A stretch of DNA of 64,000 nt from an uncultured Patescibacteria group bacterium. GTDB taxonomy: Bacteria > Patescibacteriota > Microgenomatia > UBA10105 > UBA927. A model generated the notes under the pieces. The model did not search any database and was not told the DNA's origin. It saw only the letters and a program-made list of their open reading frames with translations. Positions 17,085-27,232 of this stretch are shown one piece after another. Position 1 is the stretch's first letter, and each line of letters starts with the position of its first letter. Where the stretch lies: the NCBI GenBank assembly GCA_937921305.1, contig CAKZSU010000005.1, positions 10,740-74,739 of the forward strand, given 5' to 3'. The position numbers and the translations under genes were made by a program.

Positions 17085-17633
17085 TTACAGTTCTATTTCT
17101 TCAAGATATTCTTTTCCGTTCTTATCTATTTTTGTTCGATAAAGCTTTTCTTGTTGTTCCATAGCTCGTTGAGTAAACAGAATGCCATTGACATGATCTG
17201 TTTCGTGTTGAACAATAGTGGCTAAAAATCCTTCAATCAATTCTTCGTGCGTTTTTTCTTCTATATCTTGGTATCGAAGAACAACAGCGTTTGCTCGCGT
17301 GACATGTCCCCAGATGTTTGGAATAGATAAACATCCTTCAAGTTGTTTTTCTCGTTGGATGAGTTGTCTTTCATCATTATTGTCATTGCTCATGCTGATG
17401 ATTTCTGGATTGATAAAAACCCGTATTTTATCTTTTGGAGAAGGCTTGGTAATGAATACGCGATATGGTTCGCCAATTTGCGGAGCTGCGAGACCAACGC
17501 CTTTGGGTTTTCTTGTTGCTTTTAATGTTTCTTCCATGTCTTTGACAAGACGAAGCAATCGTTTGTCAAACCATGTGACAGTTTTTGCCGGAGTTGTGAG
17601 AATAGGGTTCGGCGTATGAACGATGGGTTTCAT
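17085..17633 (-). CDS. def: Peptide deformylase
   Basis: GVGLAAPQIG, EGCLSIP and QHETDHVNG motifs. Confidence 0.9.
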   Translation of the reverse strand: MKPIVHTPNPILTTPAKTVTWFDKRLLRLVKDMEETLKATRKPKGVGLAAPQIGEPYRVFITKPSPKDKIRVFINPEIISMSNDNNDERQLIQREKQLEGCLSIPNIWGHVTRANAVVLRYQDIEEKTHEELIEGFLATIVQHETDHVNGILFTQRAMEQQEKLYRTKIDKNGKEYLEEIEL

Positions 17634-19741
17634 TTGGCAAGTAGCGATTGGAATTCTTGATCGTTTGGATCAACCGTCTTGAGATATTCTTCAAGAACGG
17701 TTTTTGCAAGTTCCGGTTGTTTTACTTCTTTGTAAAACACATAGAGCGCGTAATATGCGTCTCGATAATTTGGTTTCATAGCGATTGTTTTTCTTAGCGT
17801 TTCTATTGCTTGCGCGTTATTGCCAAGCCTTCCGTCTAAGATTGCTAAATTATATGATATTTTGGGGTCGTTTGGCGAGAGTCGTTGAGCTTTTTCTAAT
17901 GCTTCTTTTGCCATGTGAACAAATTTTTGATCAATGTCGGCAAAGCTAAAATAAATTTTTGTTCTCGTTTTCCAAAAATTGACATTGTTTGGCGACATCG
18001 AGAGGGCAATATCGGACGCCATCAGGCTTTTTTGTGTTAAGTCCACCGCTTGTGTCGCGTTGCCCACGTCAAGGGAAACTACGGCAAGACTTCCGAGCGC
18101 AAGGCTTAACTCGTCATAATAGAGCGGTTCTTTTGGTCGAAGAAGTGTTGCCTGAACAAGATTTGTATATCCTTCTTGAAGTTTTCCAGCCCGTGTGAGT
18201 CTGCTTCCTTTTGCGAAGAAATAATCGCCAACCCACATTGTTCCAATATAGATAAATCCCACAGTTCCTGCGATTGTTCCAATAATTCCCACGATGCTTC
18301 CAATGATAATATTTGGAAGATGGATTGTAAGTGATCGATGGGCTGCTTGCGATGTCGCAATACTTATTGCCGGGAATAAGAAAAGAAAAAGTTCCGTTAT
18401 AACAACAGAAAATCCAAAAAAGTTTGTAATGAGAAGAGATGTCCAACCAATTAGTATCGCGATAGTGATTGTTGAGTCGGTCTCGTGTTGTTTTTCGTGG
18501 TGTATTTTTGCTTTGTGCGTCAACCATCCAAAAATAAGCAGCGCTCCGACTAAGAATATTGTGTACGCGCCTAATCCAAGCGCTCCTGTGGTTGCCAAAT
18601 AATTTAGATATTCATTATGGGCTTTGTTATAGAGAAAATCCCATTCACTTGTGAGGTTGTGTTCTATTGGTTTATGTTGAAAGAATGTAAGCGCGAATGT
18701 TTCTGTTCCTGTTCCGATGAAGAGAGTTTTTTGACTACTTAGCCAGGCGCGAATTGCCGCTTCCCAAACATATCGTCGAATTTTCCCTGAATCCGTTCCG
18801 CCAAATTCTAGAAGCGTTCCGCTTGATTGTTGAGGTTGTGATGATGTCGTCGTAGACTCTTGTTGTTTTGGTTGCAAGCGTTCTTGGATGGCTCGATAGC
18901 TGAAATATCGATCGATTTGATCGATGTGCGATCCATTGAAAAATGTGAATACAATCAGAACTGCGTGAATCGCGAAAAATAGCGCGATTGATCGCGTTGT
19001 CCACATTCGTTTCATGGTTGCAATTGTGAGATAAAGCACGAATGTGAAACCAAACGCAATGATGCCGGATCTTGATCTAGTAAAGAGAAGCGTGATAAAA
19101 AACATGCCGTAGAGGGAAGCGAAGAGATAGGAACGATACGACGCTTCGCGAAGTGCGTACCACAACGCGATTGGCATCATCGCAACGAGATACGCTGCAA
19201 GCCAATTTGGTTGTCCAAGCGTTGAAAATACGCGATTTTGCACATCTTGCACCCAGAGGTGTTTATCAATGCCAAGTCGCTGAAGGATGCCATAAGTTGC
19301 GACGATTGCGCCTGTCGCAAGCATCGTTTGAAGCAACCGATCAACACTTCCTTTCCAATTTGAGACAAACGCGTAATACAACACAATGTATGAAAATATA
19401 GAGAGCATCCCGCCGTTAAATCTGCTGTAGTATCCAAACCATGACACATGAGGGTCCATAGAGAATAAGCTGCTGACAAGTTGAGATAGAGCAAAAAGGA
19501 GAATCGGGATGTCTAGTGGAGTTCGTTTGATGTATACACGCTGTTCAATTCCCATTTTGACAATCCACGCCGACGCGATGATAACGGTGAGCGCGTAGGT
19601 GACAATCATTTTGTTAAATTCAAACAATTCGTAATTCCATGGTGTTAAAATAAGCGGAACGAGAATAAAGAGAAGATAAAAACTTCCGTGAATAATTCTA
19701 TCGCACCATTCAGAAATGTTGCTTTTTATGTGCTTTGACAT
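17630..19741 (-). CDS. O-antigen ligase/polymerase (Wzy_C)-like polytopic membrane protein with a C-terminal TPR-repeat domain
   Basis: About 10 N-terminal TMs; C-terminal 250 aa with TPR-like repeats (AKEALEKAQRLSPNDPKISYNLAILDGRLGNNAQAIETLRKTIAMKPNYRDAYYALYVFY). Confidence 0.7.
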   Translation of the reverse strand: MSKHIKSNISEWCDRIIHGSFYLLFILVPLILTPWNYELFEFNKMIVTYALTVIIASAWIVKMGIEQRVYIKRTPLDIPILLFALSQLVSSLFSMDPHVSWFGYYSRFNGGMLSIFSYIVLYYAFVSNWKGSVDRLLQTMLATGAIVATYGILQRLGIDKHLWVQDVQNRVFSTLGQPNWLAAYLVAMMPIALWYALREASYRSYLFASLYGMFFITLLFTRSRSGIIAFGFTFVLYLTIATMKRMWTTRSIALFFAIHAVLIVFTFFNGSHIDQIDRYFSYRAIQERLQPKQQESTTTSSQPQQSSGTLLEFGGTDSGKIRRYVWEAAIRAWLSSQKTLFIGTGTETFALTFFQHKPIEHNLTSEWDFLYNKAHNEYLNYLATTGALGLGAYTIFLVGALLIFGWLTHKAKIHHEKQHETDSTITIAILIGWTSLLITNFFGFSVVITELFLFLFPAISIATSQAAHRSLTIHLPNIIIGSIVGIIGTIAGTVGFIYIGTMWVGDYFFAKGSRLTRAGKLQEGYTNLVQATLLRPKEPLYYDELSLALGSLAVVSLDVGNATQAVDLTQKSLMASDIALSMSPNNVNFWKTRTKIYFSFADIDQKFVHMAKEALEKAQRLSPNDPKISYNLAILDGRLGNNAQAIETLRKTIAMKPNYRDAYYALYVFYKEVKQPELAKTVLEEYLKTVDPNDQEFQSLLAK

Positions 19742-19850
19742 ATTCCTAGTATAAATATACTTCCTTACAAAGGTAAATGGATCAATTTCTCAATTAAAGC
19801 TTTTAGCTTGCAGTATCAGTCTTTGCTCCTTCTTTTATGGAAATTATCTG

Positions 19851-19859
19851 TGTTAGAAT
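19851..19859 (+). promoter_or_regulatory. Extended -10 element (TGtTAGAAT) 9 nt upstream of the mreB ATG. Implies a leaderless or very short-leader mRNA
   Basis: TGTTAGAAT at 19851-19859; the ATG is at 19869. No SD sequence. Confidence 0.3.
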
Positions 19860-19868
19860 GGTCCTTGC

Positions 19869-20921
19869 ATGTTGAACGCGTTCTTCGGTTTATTCTCCCA
19901 TGATATCGCAATTGATCTCGGCACGGCAAACACCCTTGTATATGTGAAGGGAAAGGGAATTATGGTTCGCGAACCGTCTGTGGTTGCTCGTCATAAGCGA
20001 AGTAAACATATATTAGCGGTAGGAGCCGAAGCAAAGCGAATGCTCGGTAAAACACCGCAAACGATTGAAGCGATTCGCCCGCTTAAAGATGGTGTTATTT
20101 CTGACTTTGACGCGACGAGCGCAATGATCCATCACTATATTCTTATGGTGCATGAACCAAGAAAGAGATCGATTCTTCCCAAGATCCCGCGTCCGCGAGT
20201 GATCATCGGCATCCCCTCAGGCGTGACCGAAGTTGAGCGTCGCGCGGTTGAGGAAGCGGCGATGTTAGCCGGAGCAAGAGAAGCGCACCTCATTGAGGAA
20301 CCTATGGCGGCAGCAATTGGCACGGGACTTCCCGTAGAAGAAAGCTCTGGGAATTTTATCTGCGATATTGGCGGAGGAACAACAGAGATTGCGATTGTTT
20401 CCCTTGGAGGGGTAGTTGTGAATAAAAGTCTTCGCGTGGCTGGTGATGAGATGGACGAGGCAATTATCTCATTTCTCCGTTTGAAGCATTCGTTGCTTAT
20501 TGGAGAGAAAACAGCGGAAGAAGTGAAAATCGCTATCGGTTCAGCCTTTCCTACGGAAAAAACAGAGCGACAAACAGTGGTTCGAGGACGAAGCGTTGAG
20601 TCTGGGTTGCCTAGATCGCTTCGATTATCGGAGAGCGAAGTTCGCGAAGCGATCGCGCCGGTTATTCAGGAGATAGTTGACGCATTGGCCGACACCATAG
20701 AGGAAGCTCCGCCGGAGCTCATGGGTGATATTATTGAATATGGCATCGTATTGGCTGGTGGGGGAGCGCTCATCCGAGGCATTGATCAGCTTATCGCGAC
20801 AGAATTGAAGATGCCGGTATGGGTTGCCGATGATCCGCTTACAGCGGTTGTTCGAGGAGCGGGAAAACTGCTTGATGATCCAGCGTTGTTAAAGAAAGTG
20901 AAAGTAAGCGGAAGAAGATGA
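19869..20921 (+). CDS. mreB: Rod shape-determining protein MreB
   Basis: DIAIDLGTANTLVYV phosphate-1 motif, actin-fold ATPase, 350 aa. Confidence 0.9.
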   Translation: MLNAFFGLFSHDIAIDLGTANTLVYVKGKGIMVREPSVVARHKRSKHILAVGAEAKRMLGKTPQTIEAIRPLKDGVISDFDATSAMIHHYILMVHEPRKRSILPKIPRPRVIIGIPSGVTEVERRAVEEAAMLAGAREAHLIEEPMAAAIGTGLPVEESSGNFICDIGGGTTEIAIVSLGGVVVNKSLRVAGDEMDEAIISFLRLKHSLLIGEKTAEEVKIAIGSAFPTEKTERQTVVRGRSVESGLPRSLRLSESEVREAIAPVIQEIVDALADTIEEAPPELMGDIIEYGIVLAGGGALIRGIDQLIATELKMPVWVADDPLTAVVRGAGKLLDDPALLKKVKVSGRR

Positions 20922-21532
20922 ACATGCTATGCTATATCATGATCATTCGGAAAACGCAGACGAGATGGGCAACCATTCTTTCTCGCGTGTTTGACCCGCC
21001 GGTATTGTTTCTTGTCGTAACAAGCATTGGGATAGGGAAAAGCGGAATATTGAATAATCCGTTGGTGTTTGTTTTGTTGTTTCTTTTTATTGTGTTTGGC
21101 TTGCCGTTTATTTTTTTTCTCTTCCTTTTTAGGAAACACTATATTCAGACGATTGATGTGCCAAACAGAAAAGAGCGAATTTTCCCAATTCTTGGTTTGT
21201 TGCTTTTTTTTGTGTTTGATATTGTGATTGTTTCGATATTTAACAATGTTTTTCTTTTTCAATTGTTTTCGACATACGCGCTGTGGCTAATTGGATTTCT
21301 TAGCATCACGATGGTTTGGAAAATTTCCGGACATACGAGCGTCGCGGTATTTTCACTTGGACTCCTCACGCGATGGTTTGGATCTGTTATCTTTATTGGA
21401 TGGGTTTTTGTTCCATTGATTGCGTGGGCGAGAGTTATTCGTCGGGATCATACGATTCCGCAGGTTGTGTCAGGTATCGTGTATTCCCTTTTTATTCTTG
21501 CAATCTCGTCGGTTTGGTTGTATGAACGATGA
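20918..21532 (+). CDS. Polytopic membrane protein between mreB and mrdA, in the position mreC/mreD usually occupy. Has PAP2-like SGH and R-x2-DH motifs
   Basis: Five or six TMs; WKISGHTSVA and RVIRRDHT resemble PAP2 motifs C2/C3. ATGA overlap with the mreB stop. Confidence 0.4.
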   Translation: MNMLCYIMIIRKTQTRWATILSRVFDPPVLFLVVTSIGIGKSGILNNPLVFVLLFLFIVFGLPFIFFLFLFRKHYIQTIDVPNRKERIFPILGLLLFFVFDIVIVSIFNNVFLFQLFSTYALWLIGFLSITMVWKISGHTSVAVFSLGLLTRWFGSVIFIGWVFVPLIAWARVIRRDHTIPQVVSGIVYSLFILAISSVWLYER

Positions 21533-21535
21533 TGT

Positions 21536-23380
21536 ATGGCGATAAAATTTGGAGGAGCTTTTTTTGACACGCTTGAGTCTTCGTCAAAGCACGCTATCCA
21601 TCGTCCTCAACGATCGCGACCATTTCGAGGAAGCGGGAGAGCGTTTTTTTTTGCATTATTGTTGTTTCTTTCCTTATTTTTGTTGCTTGGCAGATTGTTT
21701 CAGTTAACGATTGTGGAAGGGTATCGACATCGCGCGCTTGCCGATGGCAATAGAACGCGGCAATTGATCCGTCATGCTCCAAGAGGAATTTTGAAAGATC
21801 GAACAGGAGTGCCACTGGTTCAGAATATTCCTCAATTTCGTCTTCTTGCTCCTTGCAAGGAGAGCGAACAACTTTGCGTGTCTCGCGTGAGCGAGGAAGA
21901 AGGAAAGAAGATGGAGACTGAAGGATTGCCGGCGAAACATTTTCTTGAGGTGGAATATCGACGGCAGTATCTCTATCCAGAGTCGACCGCTCATGTGGTT
22001 GGGTATGTGGGAGAGATTCATGAAAAAGAGTTGTCGGACGAGTATTACGCCCTTCGGAAATATACTCGGGGAGATATGATCGGTCGGACTGGAAGCGAGG
22101 CGGTATTTGAGGATCAATTGCGTGGTAGAAACGGCAGAGAGCTTATAGAAGTTGATGCGCATGGGAAACTGCTTCGCGTGCTTGGCCGGGATCCAGAGAT
22201 ACCAGGAGACGATATAACGCTTTCGATCGACGCGGCGTTGTCTGACGTTGTCATGCGGGCGTTTCCAAAAGACAAAGATGGCGCGGTGATTGTGAGCATT
22301 CCGCAGACTGGCGAAATTCTTGCGATGTATTCGAGTCCGACGTTTTCTTTGAACGATTTTTCTTTAGGAATGAGTGAATCGCGATATAAAGAGATTGTTG
22401 AGAATCCGCGTCGGCCGTTGTTTAATCGGGCGATTGGCGGGTCGTATCCTCCCGCGTCTACGTATAAAATAGTGAGTGCGATTGCTGGGTTAGAGACGGG
22501 CGCGGTGAAAAAAGATACAAAATTTGAGGATGTCGGGGTTATCAAGATTGATAGATTTAGTTTTCCGAATTGGTATTTTCTGAAACATGGGAAAACCGAC
22601 GGCATGGTAGATGTGGTAAAGGCGATTGCTCGGAGCAACGACATTTATTTTTATAAATTAGGCGAGGCGATGGGGATTACGCGACTTCGCGAATGGTCGG
22701 CGAAGTTTGGCATTGGCAGTCTTCTTGGTATCGAGCTTCCGGGAGAGGCTGCGGGGGCGTTGCCTGGTCCCGAGTGGAAGCGGAAACGCTTTATAAGCGC
22801 GGCGGATATCGAAGCAAGACAGAATGAATGGTATCTTGGGGATACCTATCATATGGCGATTGGTCAAGGGTACTTGCTTACGAATCCGTTGCATGTTGTC
22901 GTCTGGACAAACGCGGTTGCGAATCATGGTCGTCTCTGTAAACCAACAATACGAAAGTGGCAAAACGGATCGCCAGATCGAGATACTCGATGTGTTGATC
23001 TTCGCATTCGAGAAGAAACGCTTGATGTTGTGACCGAAGGGATGAGACAAGCGTGTTCGGAAGGGGGAACCGCGTATCCCCTGTACAATTTTTCTATCAC
23101 CTCTCCGGAAGCCACGCCGTCAGGCGTAAAACAACTTATTCCGTTGGCGTGTAAAACAGGGACAGCGGAATTTGGACATCCACAAAACAAAACGCACGCG
23201 TGGATCACGGTGTTCGCGCCGATTCCAGAGCGAGCCGTTCCTACATTTCAACGATCAGAACGATTGATCGTTGGGGAGCCGGAGATTAGCATTACTGTTC
23301 TTGTGGAGGAAGGAGGGGAGGGAAGCGAAGCTGCCGCGCCAATCGCAAAAAAGATTCTTGAGTATTGGTTTTCTCGATGA
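21536..23380 (+). CDS. mrdA: Penicillin-binding protein 2 (peptidoglycan D,D-transpeptidase)
   Basis: N-terminal TM, SxxK motif PASTYKIV, and SxN and KTG(T) motifs. Confidence 0.85.
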   Translation: MAIKFGGAFFDTLESSSKHAIHRPQRSRPFRGSGRAFFFALLLFLSLFLLLGRLFQLTIVEGYRHRALADGNRTRQLIRHAPRGILKDRTGVPLVQNIPQFRLLAPCKESEQLCVSRVSEEEGKKMETEGLPAKHFLEVEYRRQYLYPESTAHVVGYVGEIHEKELSDEYYALRKYTRGDMIGRTGSEAVFEDQLRGRNGRELIEVDAHGKLLRVLGRDPEIPGDDITLSIDAALSDVVMRAFPKDKDGAVIVSIPQTGEILAMYSSPTFSLNDFSLGMSESRYKEIVENPRRPLFNRAIGGSYPPASTYKIVSAIAGLETGAVKKDTKFEDVGVIKIDRFSFPNWYFLKHGKTDGMVDVVKAIARSNDIYFYKLGEAMGITRLREWSAKFGIGSLLGIELPGEAAGALPGPEWKRKRFISAADIEARQNEWYLGDTYHMAIGQGYLLTNPLHVVVWTNAVANHGRLCKPTIRKWQNGSPDRDTRCVDLRIREETLDVVTEGMRQACSEGGTAYPLYNFSITSPEATPSGVKQLIPLACKTGTAEFGHPQNKTHAWITVFAPIPERAVPTFQRSERLIVGEPEISITVLVEEGGEGSEAAAPIAKKILEYWFSR

Positions 23381-23427
23381 TGAATGTTGTATTGCGATCG
23401 AGCTCTCAGCAGTGATTCAATGAGTAT

Positions 23428-24321
23428 GTGTTATCGAAGGAACATGATTTACTTCCATATTTATTAGGATTCAGCGCGTCATTGCTTATTGGTCCTGTTC
23501 GATTTCAACGCCTTTACACGTTCTTTGGCTCTGTAAAAGATGCATGGTACGCCAAACGGTCGGATTTGCGATCTATTGGATTTTCAGACGATCTTATTGA
23601 TCGATTTCTTCGATTTCGAGACAGATTTTCGTTCGATGCGTATGAGCGGCGTTTACATCAAAAACACATTCGCGTTGTCACAGTGTTCGACGCAACATAT
23701 CCGATTCTTCTTCGTCAGATCCCCGATCCGCCGTTTCTTTTATATTATCGAGGAAATGGCGATATATCGTTGACGTCTCATCCGTTACCTATTGGCGCGG
23801 TCGGAACCCGTCGGGCGACACACTATGGAAAAACCGTAACACGGCGAATCATTCAGGGATTAGTTGCTCACGGATGCGTTATCGTTTCTGGCATGGCAAA
23901 AGGGATTGATGCTGTTGCTCACGTATCGTGTCTTGATCGCGGTGGACAAACGATTGCTGTGTTGGGAAGCGGGGTTGATGTCGTGTATCCTCCAGAGCAT
24001 GTGGCGTTGTATTTTCGCATAATCGCATCGGGTGGATTGATTCTCTCTGAAATGCCGATCTCTTGCAAACCGCAAGCCTATATGTTTCGATTAAGAAATA
24101 GAATTATTAGCGGGATGTCTCGGGGCGTTCTTGTTGTTGAGGGGGGAAAGCGTAGCGGAGCCTTGATTACGGCAAAATATGCCGCGGAACAAGGGAGAGA
24201 TGTGTTTGTTGTCTCCGGTCAGGGTAAGAGTCTCATGAGTGTTGGGCCTGAAATTTTGTTGCAACAGGGCGCAATTGTTGCCACATCTGCCGATGATATA
24301 ATACGAGAATTGCTCGTATGA
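23428..24321 (+). CDS. dprA: DNA processing protein DprA (Smf)
   Basis: Rossmann-like GAVGTRRAT...MAKGIDAVAH...VLGSGVD...VVSG motifs; conserved dprA-topA synteny. Confidence 0.85.
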   Translation: MLSKEHDLLPYLLGFSASLLIGPVRFQRLYTFFGSVKDAWYAKRSDLRSIGFSDDLIDRFLRFRDRFSFDAYERRLHQKHIRVVTVFDATYPILLRQIPDPPFLLYYRGNGDISLTSHPLPIGAVGTRRATHYGKTVTRRIIQGLVAHGCVIVSGMAKGIDAVAHVSCLDRGGQTIAVLGSGVDVVYPPEHVALYFRIIASGGLILSEMPISCKPQAYMFRLRNRIISGMSRGVLVVEGGKRSGALITAKYAAEQGRDVFVVSGQGKSLMSVGPEILLQQGAIVATSADDIIRELLV

Positions 24322-26345
24322 AGTTAATTATTGTTGAATCACCAACAAAAGCGAAGACCCTTACAAGGTTTTTAGATGACGTGTACAGAATAGAAGCAAG
24401 CGTTGGGCATGTTCGCGATCTTCCAAAAAGCGAGCTTGGCGTTGATATCGAGCATGACTTCGCGCCAAAGTATATTATTCCACGGAATAAGAAAACGCGA
24501 GTAAAAGAGTTGAAAAATCTTGCAAAACAAGCCGATGAAGTGATTCTTGCCACAGATCCCGATAGAGAAGGTGAAGCAATCGCGTGGCACATCGGAACAT
24601 TGTTAACAGTCGATAGCCAACAGTCGACAGCCAATAATGACGATTTAGTAAATCATCGATATAAACGGATTGTTTTTCATGAAATTACGAAGTCTGCGAT
24701 TCTTGAAGCGCTGCAATATCCTCGAAGTATCGACATGCGTCTTGTGGACGCCCAACAGGCGAGAAGAATTTTAGATCGCTTGGTTGGATACACGCTATCT
24801 CCGTTGTTATGGAAAAAACTTTCTCGTCGGTGGCTTTCCGCTGGTCGCGTGCAATCTGTCGCCACTCGTCTCATCGTTGAGCGAGAGAGAGCGCGAGCGC
24901 GATTCGTGAAAGAATCCTATTGGACGATTTCTGCCGAGTTTTCAACAAGCGATGGTCATCGATTTATTGCAGATCTTGTGGCTTACAATGGAGTGCCATA
25001 CGAACAAAGTGTGACGATTCCGTTATTTGACGGATTGTATACGGTGACTAAAACGACGATCCCTGATGAAGCATCAGCGAAGCGTATTATTGATGATATC
25101 CAAGCGCCGTTCACGCTTCTCTCTGTTGACACAAAAGATGTTCGTCGTTCTCCTCCGCCTCCGTATACAACGAGCTCGCTTCAGCAAGACGCGGGAAGAC
25201 GACTAGGATTGTCTTCAAAGAAAATCATGCAACTTGCTCAGCGATTGTATGAAGAAGGATATATTACCTATCATAGAACAGATAGTGTAAATTTATCAAA
25301 TCAATTTCTCCGCGACGCGCGATCGTATATTCAGAAGACGCATGGAGATCAGTTTATTTCTCCAGAGCCTCGACGATATGCGACAAAATCAAAAGTGGCG
25401 CAAGAGGCCCACGAAGCGATTCGCCCAACAAACATATCGCTTCGAAGCAAAGATTTGGAAGGTAAAGAAGGAATTCAGCAAGACCATATTCGACTATACG
25501 ATCTTATCTGGAAACGAGCAGTGGCAACGCAAGCGAGCGACGCGTTGTTTCGTTCAACAACAATCCGCATGCAATCGGTGAATACGTATGTATTTCAAGC
25601 AAAAGGATCGATCATTCAGTTTGAAGGATATCTCAAGATTCTTGGAAGAGATGTAGCAGACGTTTTGCTTCCGCAACTTTCTCAGGGAGATTCTGTGCAA
25701 CTTGTCGCCGCGACGCCGACAGAACACGCTACGAATCCTCCACCTCGATACACGGAGGCAAGTTTAGTCAAAGCGCTTGAAGAAAAAGATATTGGCAGAC
25801 CAAGCACATACGCATCAATTATTTCTACAATTCTTGAGCGGCAATATGTTCAAAAAGAGGAGAAAGCGTTGGTCCCAACAGATCTTGGCAACGCTGTGAC
25901 GGATTTTCTTGTGCAGTACTTCCCTGATATCATGAGTCTTCCGTTCACCGCGATCATGGAAGAGTTACTGGATCAAATCGCGAGGGGTGAGCGTCCATGG
26001 CCTCCGGTTGTTCGAGAGTTTTATCTCCCGTTTTCAAAAGATTTAGATCACGCGCAAACTGTCGCGGAAAAAGTGAAGCTTTCTGAAGAAAAAATTGGCG
26101 AACAATGTCCCGAATGTGGAGGAGACCTTGTTGTGAAGCTTGGACGATATGGAAAATTTATCGCGTGCAGCAATTTTCCGTCGTGTTCGTACAGACGGCA
26201 ATATAGAGAAACGATTGATCGTGTCTGTCCAAAGTGTGGCGGGGCGATTGTTGTGAAGCGGACAAAAACAAAACGGATGTTCTTCGGTTGTGTTAACTAT
26301 CCTTCCTGCGACTTTGCCGCGTGGAAAAAAGATCAGATTCCGTAA
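24318..26345 (+). CDS. topA: DNA topoisomerase I
   Basis: TOPRIM MKLIIVESPTKAKT, an active-site Tyr region, and C-terminal C4 zinc ribbons (CPECGG, CPKCGG). Confidence 0.95.
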   Translation: MKLIIVESPTKAKTLTRFLDDVYRIEASVGHVRDLPKSELGVDIEHDFAPKYIIPRNKKTRVKELKNLAKQADEVILATDPDREGEAIAWHIGTLLTVDSQQSTANNDDLVNHRYKRIVFHEITKSAILEALQYPRSIDMRLVDAQQARRILDRLVGYTLSPLLWKKLSRRWLSAGRVQSVATRLIVERERARARFVKESYWTISAEFSTSDGHRFIADLVAYNGVPYEQSVTIPLFDGLYTVTKTTIPDEASAKRIIDDIQAPFTLLSVDTKDVRRSPPPPYTTSSLQQDAGRRLGLSSKKIMQLAQRLYEEGYITYHRTDSVNLSNQFLRDARSYIQKTHGDQFISPEPRRYATKSKVAQEAHEAIRPTNISLRSKDLEGKEGIQQDHIRLYDLIWKRAVATQASDALFRSTTIRMQSVNTYVFQAKGSIIQFEGYLKILGRDVADVLLPQLSQGDSVQLVAATPTEHATNPPPRYTEASLVKALEEKDIGRPSTYASIISTILERQYVQKEEKALVPTDLGNAVTDFLVQYFPDIMSLPFTAIMEELLDQIARGERPWPPVVREFYLPFSKDLDHAQTVAEKVKLSEEKIGEQCPECGGDLVVKLGRYGKFIACSNFPSCSYRRQYRETIDRVCPKCGGAIVVKRTKTKRMFFGCVNYPSCDFAAWKKDQIP

Positions 26346-26701
26346 GATGCGATACGATCCCCTTTGTTTTTGAATGTATCGGTAGTAGCATGAAAGATGC
26401 TGCCCATATGATTTTGTCGTTCTTTTCACATCAGCGAAGACGAGTGAAACGATTCAATCGCCGTCGATTCCGTTCCTCAAACACCTATCGATTTTCTTCA
26501 ACACTCTCATTGCCATCATCATATACTAATGCTCGCCGCGTTGATTCGCTGATCGCTTCTTCGTCTTTCATTCGTTTTGTGTTGTGTATTCTTATTTTTC
26601 TCAGTATTGCATATGCTATATGGATAGTGTTCCCCCGACCGATCGTTAGTCCGTTGCCGAAGCAACCGCCGATTCGCGTTGTGTTTTGATATAATAAGAA
26701 G

Positions 26702-27232
26702 ATGAAGTTGAACGCCAAACAGCTTCGGATAACGCCGGTTGACCCTTCCTTTGTCGCAACGCTTCCTCGGAATCCCCTCTTCATTATTCTTGATAGCGTT
26801 CTTGATACCTACAATGTGGGATCGATCTTTCGTCTCGCAGATGCTGTTGCTGCACAAAAAGTGTATCTCTGTGGAGAAACATTGACGCCGCCAAACTCTC
26901 GTATTAAGAAAGCGTCTATCAACACATGGCAGTGGGTGCCGTGGGAGTATAAAGAGCGGGCGGTAGACGCGATTGCCGATCTTCGTCGGATGGATGCTTC
27001 GATTGCGATTGTTGCCGTTGAACAAGATGAACGAAGTGTTCCATTTCAGCACATTTCTTATAAATTTCCTGTGGCAATCATTGTGGGTAATGAAACACAT
27101 GGCGTGTCAAAAGAAGCGTTGGATACCGCTGATACGATTGTGGAACTTCCGATGTGGGGGGTGAATCGATCTTTGAATGTTATGGTGAGTTGTGGTATTG
27201 TGCTCTATGAGATTATGCGATATCTTCCATGA
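26702..27232 (+). CDS. SpoU/TrmH-family RNA 2'-O-methyltransferase
   Basis: SPOUT motifs NVGSIFRLADA, IVGNETHGVS, ELPMWGVNRSLNV. Confidence 0.8.
   Translation: MKLNAKQLRITPVDPSFVATLPRNPLFIILDSVLDTYNVGSIFRLADAVAAQKVYLCGETLTPPNSRIKKASINTWQWVPWEYKERAVDAIADLRRMDASIAIVAVEQDERSVPFQHISYKFPVAIIVGNETHGVSKEALDTADTIVELPMWGVNRSLNVMVSCGIVLYEIMRYLP

Noticed and set aside
26321-27100. ORFs 26321-26689 (+) and 26519-27100 (-) between topA and spoU
   Set aside because: They have no protein-like composition or motifs. The minus ORF is antisense to spoU, and the region is best read as the topA 3' end plus a short spacer.
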